Of a stretch of 64,000 nt of DNA, positions 54,483 through 64,000 are shown piece after piece. The stretch's first letter is position 1. Each line of letters starts with the position of its first letter. The translations under genes and the position numbers were made by a program. The notes under the pieces were generated by a model, which saw only the letters and a program-made list of their open reading frames with translations, did no database searches and was not told where the DNA came from. The stretch comes from an uncultured Candidatus Rokubacteria bacterium (GTDB lineage Bacteria; Methylomirabilota; Methylomirabilia; Rokubacteriales; DASRDR01): assembly GCA_963708025.1 (NCBI GenBank), contig CAVPSB010000018.1, positions 384,001-448,000 of the forward strand, in the 5' to 3' direction.

Positions 54483-55831
54483 TCAGGTGGACTCGAGGCG
54501 GTCGAGCCGGGAGCGGCGCACCTGGGCCCTGACGTCGGTCACCGTGTCGCCCTCGACGTCGATCTGCACCTCGTGGTGCTCGACGTCCCAGCGGCTCACG
54601 GCGGTCAGCCAGCCGAAGCTCCGCCGCCGCTGGGGAACCACCCGCCGGCCACGGTAGACCAGCGTGCGAGCCCCGGGTGACCCGAGCTTCTCGAGCACCT
54701 CGACGTCCGCTCCGCCGAGTCGCAGGGCCTCGTCGTGCGTGGTGATGCCGGGGGCGATCCGGGCCAGGGTGTCGCGCGAGAGGATCACGCCGGTCTGCCG
54801 GGCGCCGGGGCCGGGTCGGCCGAACTGCAGGCGCCCCGCCAGCTGCCGGCCCACCCGGCCGGCCAGGCTCCGCACGATGACGGCGGCGAGGTTGCCCAGC
54901 ACGAAGAAGAGCGTGGGAATGAGCACCGGGGCCCAGGACTGGAGGCCCGAGAAGTAGGCGAACTGGACGGTGAGGACCTGGGGCGTGATGCCCTCCGAGG
55001 GGTCGAGGAAGTGGGAGACCACCTCCGTGTTCTCCAGTGACTCGCTCAGCCGCCGGCTGCTCGCGGGCGGCGAGACCTCGTCGATCTTGAGCCGGTCGGC
55101 GCCCGCGAAGTTGACGAGGAGCTGGGACGGCTCGTCGGCCAGCCGGATGAGGCGGTCCCGCTGGTCGAAGTAGATGGGGAAGAGCGCCTCGCTCCGGACG
55201 TCGTTGAAGCTGATGGACAGCAGGTGCCGCCGGCCCTGGACGACGTTCTCGACCCAGCTGGCCTTCTTCGGCCTCAGGAGGTCCGTGACCGTGAGGCGCA
55301 GGGTCATCAGCCAGTCGCGGGTGGTGAGTCGCGGAGTCCACGGGATGCGGACGTAGGTCGCCGGCGCGGTCAGGCCGAACGGCCCACCCGGGCGGACGAA
55401 GGTGACGAAGGGCGCCCCTCCGGCCAGCGGCTCACGCTGGGGCTGGCCACCCGTGGACTGGACCCGCTCGGCGGCCAGCGGCAGCCGGCCCTCGTCGGTG
55501 ACGCCGAGCCCGCGCGCCTCCACGAACCGGGCGAGGGCGGGATCCGGCTTGCCCAGGCTCGCCTCCCCGGTCACCGCGCCGGGCCAGAGGAGATAGAGGT
55601 CCTGACCATCGGGGGCGGCGCCCGGTGGCCAGACGAGGCTCCAGTGGACGTCGATGGTGACGGGCCCGAGCCCGGATCGACGGCCGCGCGGACGAACACC
55701 GGCCCGATGGTGAAACGCGGCTGGGGAGCAGACGCGAGGAAGACCTGGGCGGCGGCGGCGACGGGGACGGTGGCCACGGCCAAGAGGACGAGCGCCGCTG
55801 GGGCGGCGGTGCGGCAGACGGACCGGTGCAC
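54483..55831 (-). pseudogene. Exported/membrane hypothetical protein with a 1-nt frameshift near 55672
   Basis: Signal peptide and QVFLASAPQPRFTIGPVFVRAAVDPG continue in another frame as LGPVTIDVHWSL...; one TM near the C-terminus. Confidence 0.65.
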
Positions 55832-55855
55832 CCGCGCTCCCGCCTGCTGCGCTCG

Positions 55856-56110
55856 TTAGAGCTTCTTCAGCGTGATCCCGAGCACCTTGGCCGCCTCGTC
55901 GGCCTTGCCGATCGAGTCGACGTGCCGGCCCTCGGCGTGGAGCTTCCGGGCCTGCTCGACCAGCGCCCGGGCGTTCTTGACCTTCGCGTCGTCGGGGCTC
56001 ATCGTGGCCATGGCGTCGGTGAGCTGCTTGATGAGGAGGGGACACTGGGAGGCGCCGGCGGACGTCACCAGCAGGCCCAGCACCGCGACCGCGATCGCCA
56101 GCTTCTTCAT
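55856..56110 (-). CDS. Small secreted helical protein
   Basis: GAGGAG RBS; MKKLAIAVAVLGLLVTSAGA signal peptide, then SQCPLLIKQL...HAEGRH. Confidence 0.75.
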   Translation of the reverse strand: MKKLAIAVAVLGLLVTSAGASQCPLLIKQLTDAMATMSPDDAKVKNARALVEQARKLHAEGRHVDSIGKADEAAKVLGITLKKL

Positions 56111-56309
56111 CGGGTATCGCTCCTCTCGGTTCGGGCCGTTCCGCCCGCTGTGGCGACCCGCCCGTCTCGGGTGACCGAGGCTCTTCCAGTAGGAGTGCCT
56201 CCGCCCCCCACGCATTCATAGTACCTCTGGTTGACGTCCCGGGGATCGTCTGGTACCCCGTGGGACGTTGCCTCTGATTGACATCCGGGGTGGACGGGAC
56301 TGGGATTGA

Positions 56310-57377
<1,068 letters not shown>

Positions 57378-57388
57378 GAACATCGGCA

Positions 57389-57477
57389 GGTCCGGCCCCC
57401 CCCTCCCCCCGGCCACAGGCCGAAGGCCGTCGAAAAGTCGGGGAGGGGGGCTGGGGGGGTGGGCGGGAGGTCCCGAA
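57389..57477. repeat. Dispersed modular repeat
   Basis: GGTCCGGCCCCCCCCTCCCC-AGGCCGAAGGCCGTCGAA-GGGCGGGAGGTCCCGAA between convergent genes. Confidence 0.85.
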
Positions 57478-57489
57478 CTATCGCCGCCG

Positions 57490-58689
57490 TCAGTCGCTGC
57501 CGAGCTGCACCACGCCGCGGGCGGCGAGGCGCTCGATCTCGGAGTCGGCCAGGCCGAGCCCCCGGAGCACCTCGCGGGTGTGCTCCCCGAGCCGCGGCGG
57601 CGGCCGGCGCGGCGTCGGGCGGACGCCGTCCCACCGGAGGGGCAGCGCCACCGTGGAGAGCTCGGGGATCGTCGGGTGGGGCGTGGGCATCAGCATCTCG
57701 CTCGCCTTCGTCTGGGGGTCGCTGGCCACCGCGTCCAGGGTCTGGATCGGCGCGCAGGTGACGTCGGCGGCGCGCAGCCGCTCGAGGAGCGCGGCGGTGG
57801 AGAGCCGCCGCGTCTCGGCCTCGAGGGCGGGGAGCAGCGCGTCCCGGTGGCGGACCCGGCCCGGGTTGTCGGCGAACCGTGGATCGGCGGCGAGGTCGGG
57901 CCGGCCGAGGGCGCGGCACAGCCGCCCGAACAGCGCGTCCGTTCCCGCCGCGATCATCAGGTAACCGTCGGCGGTGGCGAAGGCCGAGTACGGGACGATG
58001 ATCGCGGTGCCGGAGCCCTGGGGCCCGGGCACCCGGCCGCTCGCCAGGTAGCCGAGGAGCTGGTAGGGGATCCAGGCGAGCGCGGTGTCGAAGAGGGCGG
58101 TCGTGATCTCGACACCCTGCCCCGTCCGGTCGCGCTCGCGCAGGGCCGCCAGGATGGCGATGGCGGCCCACATCCCGGTCCCCATGTTGACGAGCGAGGT
58201 GCCGGCGCGCGTGGGCGGCTGGCCCGGGTAGCCGGTGAGGCTCATCAGCCCCCCGTAGGCCTGCATCATCGGGTCGTAGCCCGGCAGGTCCCGGAGCGGG
58301 CCCCGGGTGCCGAACGGCGTCACCGCGCAGTAGATGAGCCGGACGTTCGCCGCGCGCGCCGCCGCCGCGTCGAGGCCGAGCGCCTCGGCGCCGCCGGGCC
58401 GGAAGCTCTGGATCAGCACGTCGGCCGCCCCGACCAGCCGGGCCAGGATCGGGCGGACCTCGGACGCCTTGAGGTCGAGCGCCACGCTCCGCTTGTTGCG
58501 GTTCAGCGCGAGGTAGCTGGCGCTCTCCGCCCCCCACATCGGCGGCGCCCACGCCCGGCTCTCGTCCCCGCGCCCGGGGCGCTCGACCTTGATCACGTCG
58601 GCGCCCAGGTCCCCCAGGATCTGCGTGCAGAAGGGGCCCGCGACGTTGAGCGTGAGGTCGAGGACGCTGATCCCCGCCAGCGGCGTCAT
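57490..58689 (-). CDS. CaiB/BaiF family III CoA-transferase
   Basis: AGPFCTQILGDLGADVIKVE, NRNKRS, GYD, PPRLGEHT. Confidence 0.93.
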   Translation of the reverse strand: MTPLAGISVLDLTLNVAGPFCTQILGDLGADVIKVERPGRGDESRAWAPPMWGAESASYLALNRNKRSVALDLKASEVRPILARLVGAADVLIQSFRPGGAEALGLDAAAARAANVRLIYCAVTPFGTRGPLRDLPGYDPMMQAYGGLMSLTGYPGQPPTRAGTSLVNMGTGMWAAIAILAALRERDRTGQGVEITTALFDTALAWIPYQLLGYLASGRVPGPQGSGTAIIVPYSAFATADGYLMIAAGTDALFGRLCRALGRPDLAADPRFADNPGRVRHRDALLPALEAETRRLSTAALLERLRAADVTCAPIQTLDAVASDPQTKASEMLMPTPHPTIPELSTVALPLRWDGVRPTPRRPPPRLGEHTREVLRGLGLADSEIERLAARGVVQLGSD

Positions 58690-58735
58690 GACGCGGCCAG
58701 TATAGCCGCCGGCCCCGGGCCGGTGAAAAGGCGCC

Positions 58736-58779
58736 TTGACCGGCCAGGGCCCGGCGAAGATAATTGGTCGGCCAACCAA
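58736..58779 (+). promoter_or_regulatory. Promoter with a palindromic TetR-type operator
   Basis: TTGACC-N17-GATAAT immediately followed by TTGGTCGGCCAACCAA (16-bp palindrome, one mismatch). Confidence 0.7.
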
Positions 58780-58795
58780 GAAAGGAGAGGTCCCG

Positions 58796-60037
58796 GTGAG
58801 CCCCAAGCGCGGCATGGCGCCGATCCGGCAGGCCGAGATCGTGACCGCTACCATCCGCTGCCTGGCCCGCGACGGCTACGCCGGCCTGACGATGAAGCGG
58901 GTGGCGGCCGAGGCCGGCGTGAGCCCCGGCATCCTGCACTACTACTTCCCCGACAAGCGCGCCATCCTGGCCGCCGCGGCCGCGAAGGTCACCAGCGACC
59001 TCGACCGGCGGGTGGCGGCGGCGGCCCGCGGCGCCCGCGACGCGCGGGGGCGACTGCGCGCGCTGATCCGGACGTGCCTGGAGGTGGCCACCCGGGAGCG
59101 CGAGGTCTGGACCGTCTTCATCGAGTTCTGGGGCGAGGCGCTGCACGACCGGGACCTGGCCGCGCTGAACGCCCGGAGCTACGCCCGCGCGCGGCGGCTC
59201 CTGGTCGCGGGGCTGGCGCCGGGGTACACCGACGGGACCTTCCGGGGCCCGGCGGTCCGGGACGCGAGCGTCGTGGTCCTGGCGCTCCTCGACGGGCTCT
59301 CGCTCCAGCTCACGTTCGATCGGAGCCTGATGCCGGTCGCCCGCGCCGCGCGCCTCGCCGAGGCGGCGCTCCTCGGCTACCTGAACGCCGGCCGGCGTCC
59401 GGCGGCGGCGGGTCGGCCGGCGGCGCGCGTCCCGGCCGCCGGCAGAAACGGGAGGTTCGCGATGAGTCAGGTGGACGTGGCGTCGCCCGAGCGGATCAGG
59501 ATGCTCGAGTACCTGCGCACGCGCGCGGCGGCGCTCGGGCCGGTGGAGCTCCGCGCGCGCTTCCGCGCCGCGGCCGCCGAGTTCGAGGCGACGCTGGCCG
59601 CGGTGCCGGAGGCCGACGCCCGCCGGTCGCCGCGCGAGGGCGAGTGGAGCGTCGCCCACGTCGCCGATCACCTCGCCCAGACGATGATCCGGTCGGCCGA
59701 CGAGCTGCGCCATCTCCTCGCCGGCCGCCGGCCCCCCGCCCCGCCGGTCTACGACGGGCTCGTCTCGGGGGCGGTGACCTGGGTCCCGTGGGCCGAGCTG
59801 GTCGACGGGGTCCGGGCCGCCGACGCGGAGTTCGACCGGCTGCTCCAGGAGGCCGCCGGGGCCGGGCCGGCGGATGGTCTCACGGTCCGGACGATCCTCG
59901 TGGTGAATCGTCCCGACGGCGAGCCGGAGATCTTCGCGGCCGAGCTCCCCTGGAAGGAGTACGTGCTGGTCCAGCGGCTCCACCTGCTCGACCACCGCAA
60001 CCAGGTGCGGGGGCTGCGGGCGGCGACCGGAAGCTGA
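58796..60037 (+). CDS. TetR (BetI-like) regulator in frame with a DinB-like domain
   Basis: AAAGGAG RBS and GTG; HTH TMKRVAAEAGVSPGILHYYF; DinB-like EWSVAHVADHL...HLLDHRNQ from ATG 59462, which has its own GGGAGG RBS; no stop between them. Confidence 0.85.
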   Translation: MSPKRGMAPIRQAEIVTATIRCLARDGYAGLTMKRVAAEAGVSPGILHYYFPDKRAILAAAAAKVTSDLDRRVAAAARGARDARGRLRALIRTCLEVATREREVWTVFIEFWGEALHDRDLAALNARSYARARRLLVAGLAPGYTDGTFRGPAVRDASVVVLALLDGLSLQLTFDRSLMPVARAARLAEAALLGYLNAGRRPAAAGRPAARVPAAGRNGRFAMSQVDVASPERIRMLEYLRTRAAALGPVELRARFRAAAAEFEATLAAVPEADARRSPREGEWSVAHVADHLAQTMIRSADELRHLLAGRRPPAPPVYDGLVSGAVTWVPWAELVDGVRAADAEFDRLLQEAAGAGPADGLTVRTILVVNRPDGEPEIFAAELPWKEYVLVQRLHLLDHRNQVRGLRAATGS

Positions 60038-60086
60038 CCCGGATGGTCGCCCTCGCCCCGGCCGGCGCGGTATCATGGGCCGCGTC

Positions 60087-60719
60087 ATGAGCGAGGCGAC
60101 GGTTGGGGGGGTGGCGGGGCGCGTGCTGGACGACCGGACCATTCCGGCGCGCGGGGAGTGGTCCGGCCCGGTGCGGGCCGGACAGATCCTGCGAATCGTG
60201 GACCTCGAGGGTCGCCAGGCCGTCGACTTCCTGTGCTACAGCGCCGCCGACCCCAGCGAGCGCTACAACGCCGCCGACACGCTGAAGCTGGCCGGCACGC
60301 TCTTCGTCACCACGGGCCACGGGCTCTACTCCGACATGGGCCGCCGGCTCTTCACGATCGTCGCCGACACCTGCGGGCGGCACGACACGATCGGCGGCTG
60401 CTGCAGCGCGGAATCGAACCGGCTCCGCTACGGCGTGGAGGGCACGCCGAACTGCCGGGACAACTTCCTGCGGGCCCTCGCCCGGTTCGGCCTCGGCAAG
60501 AAGGACATCGTTGCCAACGTGAACTTCTTCATGAACGTGCCGGTGGGCCCGGACGGCGCGCTCGCCATCGTCAACGGTCTGTCGCGCCCCGGCGACTACG
60601 TGGACCTGCGGGCCGAGATGGACGTGCTGGTCGCCCTGTCGAACTGCCCCCAGATCTACAACCCGTGCAACGGCGGCCGGCCCACGCCGATCCGCCTCGT
60701 GCTCTACGAGCCGGCCTGA
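60087..60719 (+). CDS. DUF1989 urea carboxylase-associated family protein
   Basis: LRIVDLEGRQAVD, GRHDTIGGCCSAESN, NCRDNF, NFFMNVP, SNCPQIYNPCN. Confidence 0.88.
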   Translation: MSEATVGGVAGRVLDDRTIPARGEWSGPVRAGQILRIVDLEGRQAVDFLCYSAADPSERYNAADTLKLAGTLFVTTGHGLYSDMGRRLFTIVADTCGRHDTIGGCCSAESNRLRYGVEGTPNCRDNFLRALARFGLGKKDIVANVNFFMNVPVGPDGALAIVNGLSRPGDYVDLRAEMDVLVALSNCPQIYNPCNGGRPTPIRLVLYEPA

Positions 60720-61255
60720 CGCGGCGGGAAGCCCGGAGTGGCCTTGACGCGCCGGAGCTGCTCGAGGTGATCGCCGTCGTGCCGGGCTTGCAGCATCCAC
60801 CATTGCCCCAGGTTGAGGTCCCCGAAGGCGAAGTGGCGCCACGTGAGCGGCCGGGGATCGATCCCGCCTAGCCGCTCGATCGACTGGCGGCTCCGCTCGC
60901 GCGCCGCCCGCATGTCGGCCAGCAGCCCGTCGATCGGGCGGCCGGCTTCCGGGCGGACGATCGGGGGCGCCTCGCGGGGACCGGGGGGCCACGGCGGGAT
61001 CGGCGCGAACGCGCCGAGATCGGGGGGGAACGGCCGGAGGGCATCCCCGGCATCCTTCAGCAGCTTGGAGGTGAGCTTCCCGGTCGCGATCTCGGCCAGG
61101 GTGAGGTGGTGGAGGATCTCGCCCACCGACCAGTCCTGCTGACTGGCCCGCCAGTCGGCCTGCGCCTGGGAGAGCCTGGTGACCTCCTGCAGGACTTCGG
61201 CGCGCACGGCTTCGAGCTCGCGCCAGAGGGTCTCGACGGGTGGCGGTAGCGGCAT
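60704..61255 (-). CDS. DinB-family protein
   Basis: WSVGEILHHL, HFAFG, HDGDHLEQ. Confidence 0.85.
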   Translation of the reverse strand: MPLPPPVETLWRELEAVRAEVLQEVTRLSQAQADWRASQQDWSVGEILHHLTLAEIATGKLTSKLLKDAGDALRPFPPDLGAFAPIPPWPPGPREAPPIVRPEAGRPIDGLLADMRAARERSRQSIERLGGIDPRPLTWRHFAFGDLNLGQWWMLQARHDGDHLEQLRRVKATPGFPPRQAGS

Positions 61256-61272
61256 CGGTGTCTCCTTTCCCC

Positions 61273-61806
61273 CTACCGGGTCTCCAGGAGATCGAGGATG
61301 AGCGCCCGGGCCGCCGGGCTCTCCCAGGGGCGCGGCCCGACGATCCGGCCGACGAGCCGGCCCTGCCGGTCGATCAGGTACGAGGTCGGCGTGCCCCAGA
61401 CCCCGTAGGTCTTGCCGGTCACGTCCCCGCTCCGGTCCAGGAGCACCGGGGCCGTGTAGCCCCGCTCCTGGACCGTCCGCTTCACCAGCCCGGGGTCCTC
61501 ACGGAAGCTGACGAGCAGGACCTCGAGCCCCCGGGCCTTCAGGTCGCCGTACAGCCGGTTGACGGAAGGCAACTCCTTCCGGCAGTCCGGTCACCAGGTC
61601 GCCCAGAAGAAGAGCAGGACGACCTTGCCTCGCTGGTCCGCCAGCCGCACGGTCTTCCCGTCCAGGTCCGGCAGCGCGAGCTCCGGCGCCGGCTTCGGGG
61701 AATCGTAGGGCTGGACCTGCAGGGCGGCGAAGTCCGGCGCCGCCTCCAGCGCCACCGTGACGGCGAGGACCGCGACGAGGGCGCTGGCGGCGACGCGTGA
61801 CCTCAT
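61273..61806 (-). CDS. TlpA/ResA-like thiol-disulfide oxidoreductase selenoprotein (UxxC)
   Basis: Signal peptide; GKVVLLFFWATW-UGA(61593-61591)-PDCRKELP...GTPTSYLIDRQG; hairpin CGGAAGG-AGTTG-CCTTCCG after the UGA. Confidence 0.9.
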
Positions 61807-62354
61807 CCGGCCACCTGGCGAAGCGCCTGCAAGACCTCGTCCGGCTTCAGGAGGTCGAGCGCGTTTTCCTGGATCTTCATCCACCGCACCACGCCGTCCT
61901 TGTCCAGGATGAAGTAGGCGCGCCGGCCGTAGCGGAAGATCGGGCTCTTCTCGTCGGTCACCATGGCGCCGTACGCCGGGAGCATCTGGCGACGGAAATC
62001 GGAGAGTACGAGGTGCTTGAGATTCTGCTGCTTGCTGAAGGCATCGAGCGTCGCCGCGTGGTCCGCGCTCACGCCCACGACCTGGGCTCGCAGGGCCTCG
62101 AACTGCGGCAGGGCCGCCTCGAAGCCCATGATCTCCTGGGTTCAGGTGCCGGTGAAGGCCTGGATGAAGGTGTAGATGACCACCGGGCCCTTGCCGGTCA
62201 GGTCGGCGAGCTTCACCTGCTTGCCGCCCGGGGCGGCCAGCGTGAAGTCGGGGGCCTTGTCGCCGACCTGGAGCGCGTGGGCCGGTCCCGTCAGGGCGAG
62301 CACGGCCAGCGTTCCGAGGAGGGCGGCGGTCAGCCGTCGTCGTGGTGAGCGCAT
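61803..62354 (-). CDS. Peroxiredoxin (AhpC/TSA, BCP-like) selenoprotein (TxxU)
   Basis: Signal peptide; LQVGDKAPDFTL...QAFTGT-UGA(62144-62142)-TQEI...VGVSAD...LSDF...RAYFILDKDG; hairpin GGGCTTCGA-G-GCGGC-CCT-GCCGC-AGT-TCGAGGCCC. Confidence 0.9.
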
Positions 62355-62403
62355 GATGCCTCCTTGGTGCGATTGTGTGGCGGGTAGGACGGGTTACGTT
62401 ACC

Positions 62404-63972
62404 ATGAACCCCGACATGGCGCCGGTCACCCTCTATGTCAACGGCCGGATCCTCACGATGGTTCCCGGGGCGCCGGTCGCCGCCGCCCTGGCCGTCCGGG
62501 ACGGCCGGGTCGCGGCCGTGGGGGACGCCGAGGGGGTCCTGGCCCTGCGGGGCCGCGACACGGAGGTCGTGGACCTGGCCGGGCGGACCGTCGTCCCCGG
62601 CTTCGTCGACCCCCACAACCACTTCGCGGCCGGCGCGCTCGAAGCGTTCGCGGCGGACTGCCACACGCCGCCGGTCCGGACGATCTCCGAGATCCAGGCC
62701 GCGCTCCGCGGGGCCGCCGCCTCGACACCCCCCGGCGAGTGGGTGCGGGGCGTGGGCTACCATCACGCCCACCTGGCCGAGCGCCGGCACCCCACGCGCG
62801 GGGAGCTGGACGAGGCGGTGCCCGATCGGCCGGCGCTCCTGCTCCACTTCTCCTATCATCAGGGCGTGGCGAACACCCTGGCCCTGGCGGCCGCCGGCAT
62901 CGGGCGCGGGACGCCGGATCCCCCGGGTGGCGGGATCGGCCGCGACCGGGCCGGGGAGCCGACCGGCCTCCTCTTCGAGCGGGCGATGGCGGTCGCCGAG
63001 CGCGCGTCGCGCGAGGGCCTGGAGCGCCGGTTCGGCGAGGTGGCGGAGGCGGCCAGCCGGCGCTTCGCCGCGGTGGGCCTGACGACGGTGCAGGACGCGG
63101 CGGTGAGCGAGGGGCTGGAGCGCCGGTACGCCGAGGCCGAGCGGGCGGGGCGGCTGGCCATCCGGGTCGAGCGGATGGTGGTCAGCCCGGGCGGCTGGTT
63201 CGAGCCGCCCTGGGCCGAGGCCCGGACGCGGGGCGAGGGTCGCACGCTCAAGGTCTTCGTGGACGGCGGGTACCGCTGCGCGATGCGGCTGCCCCGCGAC
63301 GGCCGCGAGGTCACGAGCGGCTTCCTCTTCTACAGCCGGGAGGAGCTGGCCGAGCTCCTGGTCACGGCGTGGCGGCAGGGCTGGCGGGTCACCTGTCACG
63401 CGCTCGGCAACCTCGGTGTCGAGACCTGCGTGGACGCCATCGAGGACGCCCTCGCTTGCGAGCCGAGCGGGGAGGGACGGGTGCGGATGGACCACGCGAT
63501 GTTCCTCACGCCGGTGCTCATCGGGCGGATCCGCGCTCTCGGCCTGCCCGTCGTGACCCAGCCGTCGTTCCTCCACGACCAGGGCGCGCCAGCCGTCCGG
63601 CTGCTGGACGGTCTCCGGTGTCACGCGTTCGGCAGTCTGCGGGCGGCCGGCATCCCCCAGGCCTTCGCCTCCGATTACCCGTGCGGCAGCGTCGCGCCGC
63701 TGGTCGGGATCCAGGCCGCGGTGACCCGGCGCTCGCGGGAGGGCGAGCTCCTGGATCCCGAGGAGGGCATCCCGGCGGAGGCGGCGCTGGCCGCGTACAC
63801 GCTCGAGGCCGCGCGGGCGTGCGGGCTCGAGGCCGAGTGCGGCAGCCTGGAGGCGGGGAAGCGCGCCGACCTCGTGATCCTCGACGCGAACCCGCTGGAG
63901 GCGCCGGGGGAGGTGCTGGCCGGGATCCGGGTCACCGGCACGCTGGTTGCGGGCCGCCCGGTGTGGCCGTGA
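62404..63972 (+). CDS. Amidohydrolase (YtcJ-like, amidohydro_3)
   Basis: PGFVDPHNH, PTGLLFE, KVFVDG, CHALG, RMDHA, ASDYP, GSLEAGKRADLVIL. Confidence 0.9.
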   Translation: MNPDMAPVTLYVNGRILTMVPGAPVAAALAVRDGRVAAVGDAEGVLALRGRDTEVVDLAGRTVVPGFVDPHNHFAAGALEAFAADCHTPPVRTISEIQAALRGAAASTPPGEWVRGVGYHHAHLAERRHPTRGELDEAVPDRPALLLHFSYHQGVANTLALAAAGIGRGTPDPPGGGIGRDRAGEPTGLLFERAMAVAERASREGLERRFGEVAEAASRRFAAVGLTTVQDAAVSEGLERRYAEAERAGRLAIRVERMVVSPGGWFEPPWAEARTRGEGRTLKVFVDGGYRCAMRLPRDGREVTSGFLFYSREELAELLVTAWRQGWRVTCHALGNLGVETCVDAIEDALACEPSGEGRVRMDHAMFLTPVLIGRIRALGLPVVTQPSFLHDQGAPAVRLLDGLRCHAFGSLRAAGIPQAFASDYPCGSVAPLVGIQAAVTRRSREGELLDPEEGIPAEAALAAYTLEAARACGLEAECGSLEAGKRADLVILDANPLEAPGEVLAGIRVTGTLVAGRPVWP

Positions 63973-64000
63973 GCGCCTCGGGCGGGAACCGGCCCGCTGT

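Noticed and set aside
44495-55831. Frameshifts in the TVP38, HMG-CoA lyase (two), Uma2 and 54483-55831 genes as programmed frameshifting or phase variation
   Set aside because: All are single-base indels without slippery heptamers or long tracts, clustered in otherwise intact genes. Sequencing or assembly error is the simpler explanation; reads are needed.

Overview
Very GC-rich bacterial chromosomal window. Gene content and selenoprotein usage suggest an uncultured soil/sediment lineage such as Candidatus Rokubacteria (inference only). In order it holds: the end of a small NRPS system (acyl-ligase-PCP, then C-A-PCP-C); a degraded toxin-antitoxin islet bounded by attC-like palindromes; a ~13 kb minus-strand operon (bicupin, EutA-like ATPase fused to CoxG, Mo-hydroxylase M and S subunits, two paralogous L subunits, two TctC, TctA-TctB fusion) divergent from a 4,5-dihydroxyphthalate decarboxylase-like gene; then mixed housekeeping and catabolic genes (pncB, galU, MscS, HtrA, M23, citrate synthase, sugar ABC, acyl-CoA enzymes, deaminase). 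The ORF track misses or splits three UGA-recoded selenoproteins with SECIS-like hairpins (AhpD-like CxxU, Prx-like TxxU, TlpA-like UxxC) and a ~46-aa rubredoxin-like protein. Also present: a dispersed modular GC-rich repeat family that is partly translated inside proteins, three stop-less in-frame gene fusions, three internally deleted or chimeric pseudogenes, and several 1-nt frameshifts that are probably sequencing errors. No rRNA, tRNA, CRISPR array or transposase was seen.
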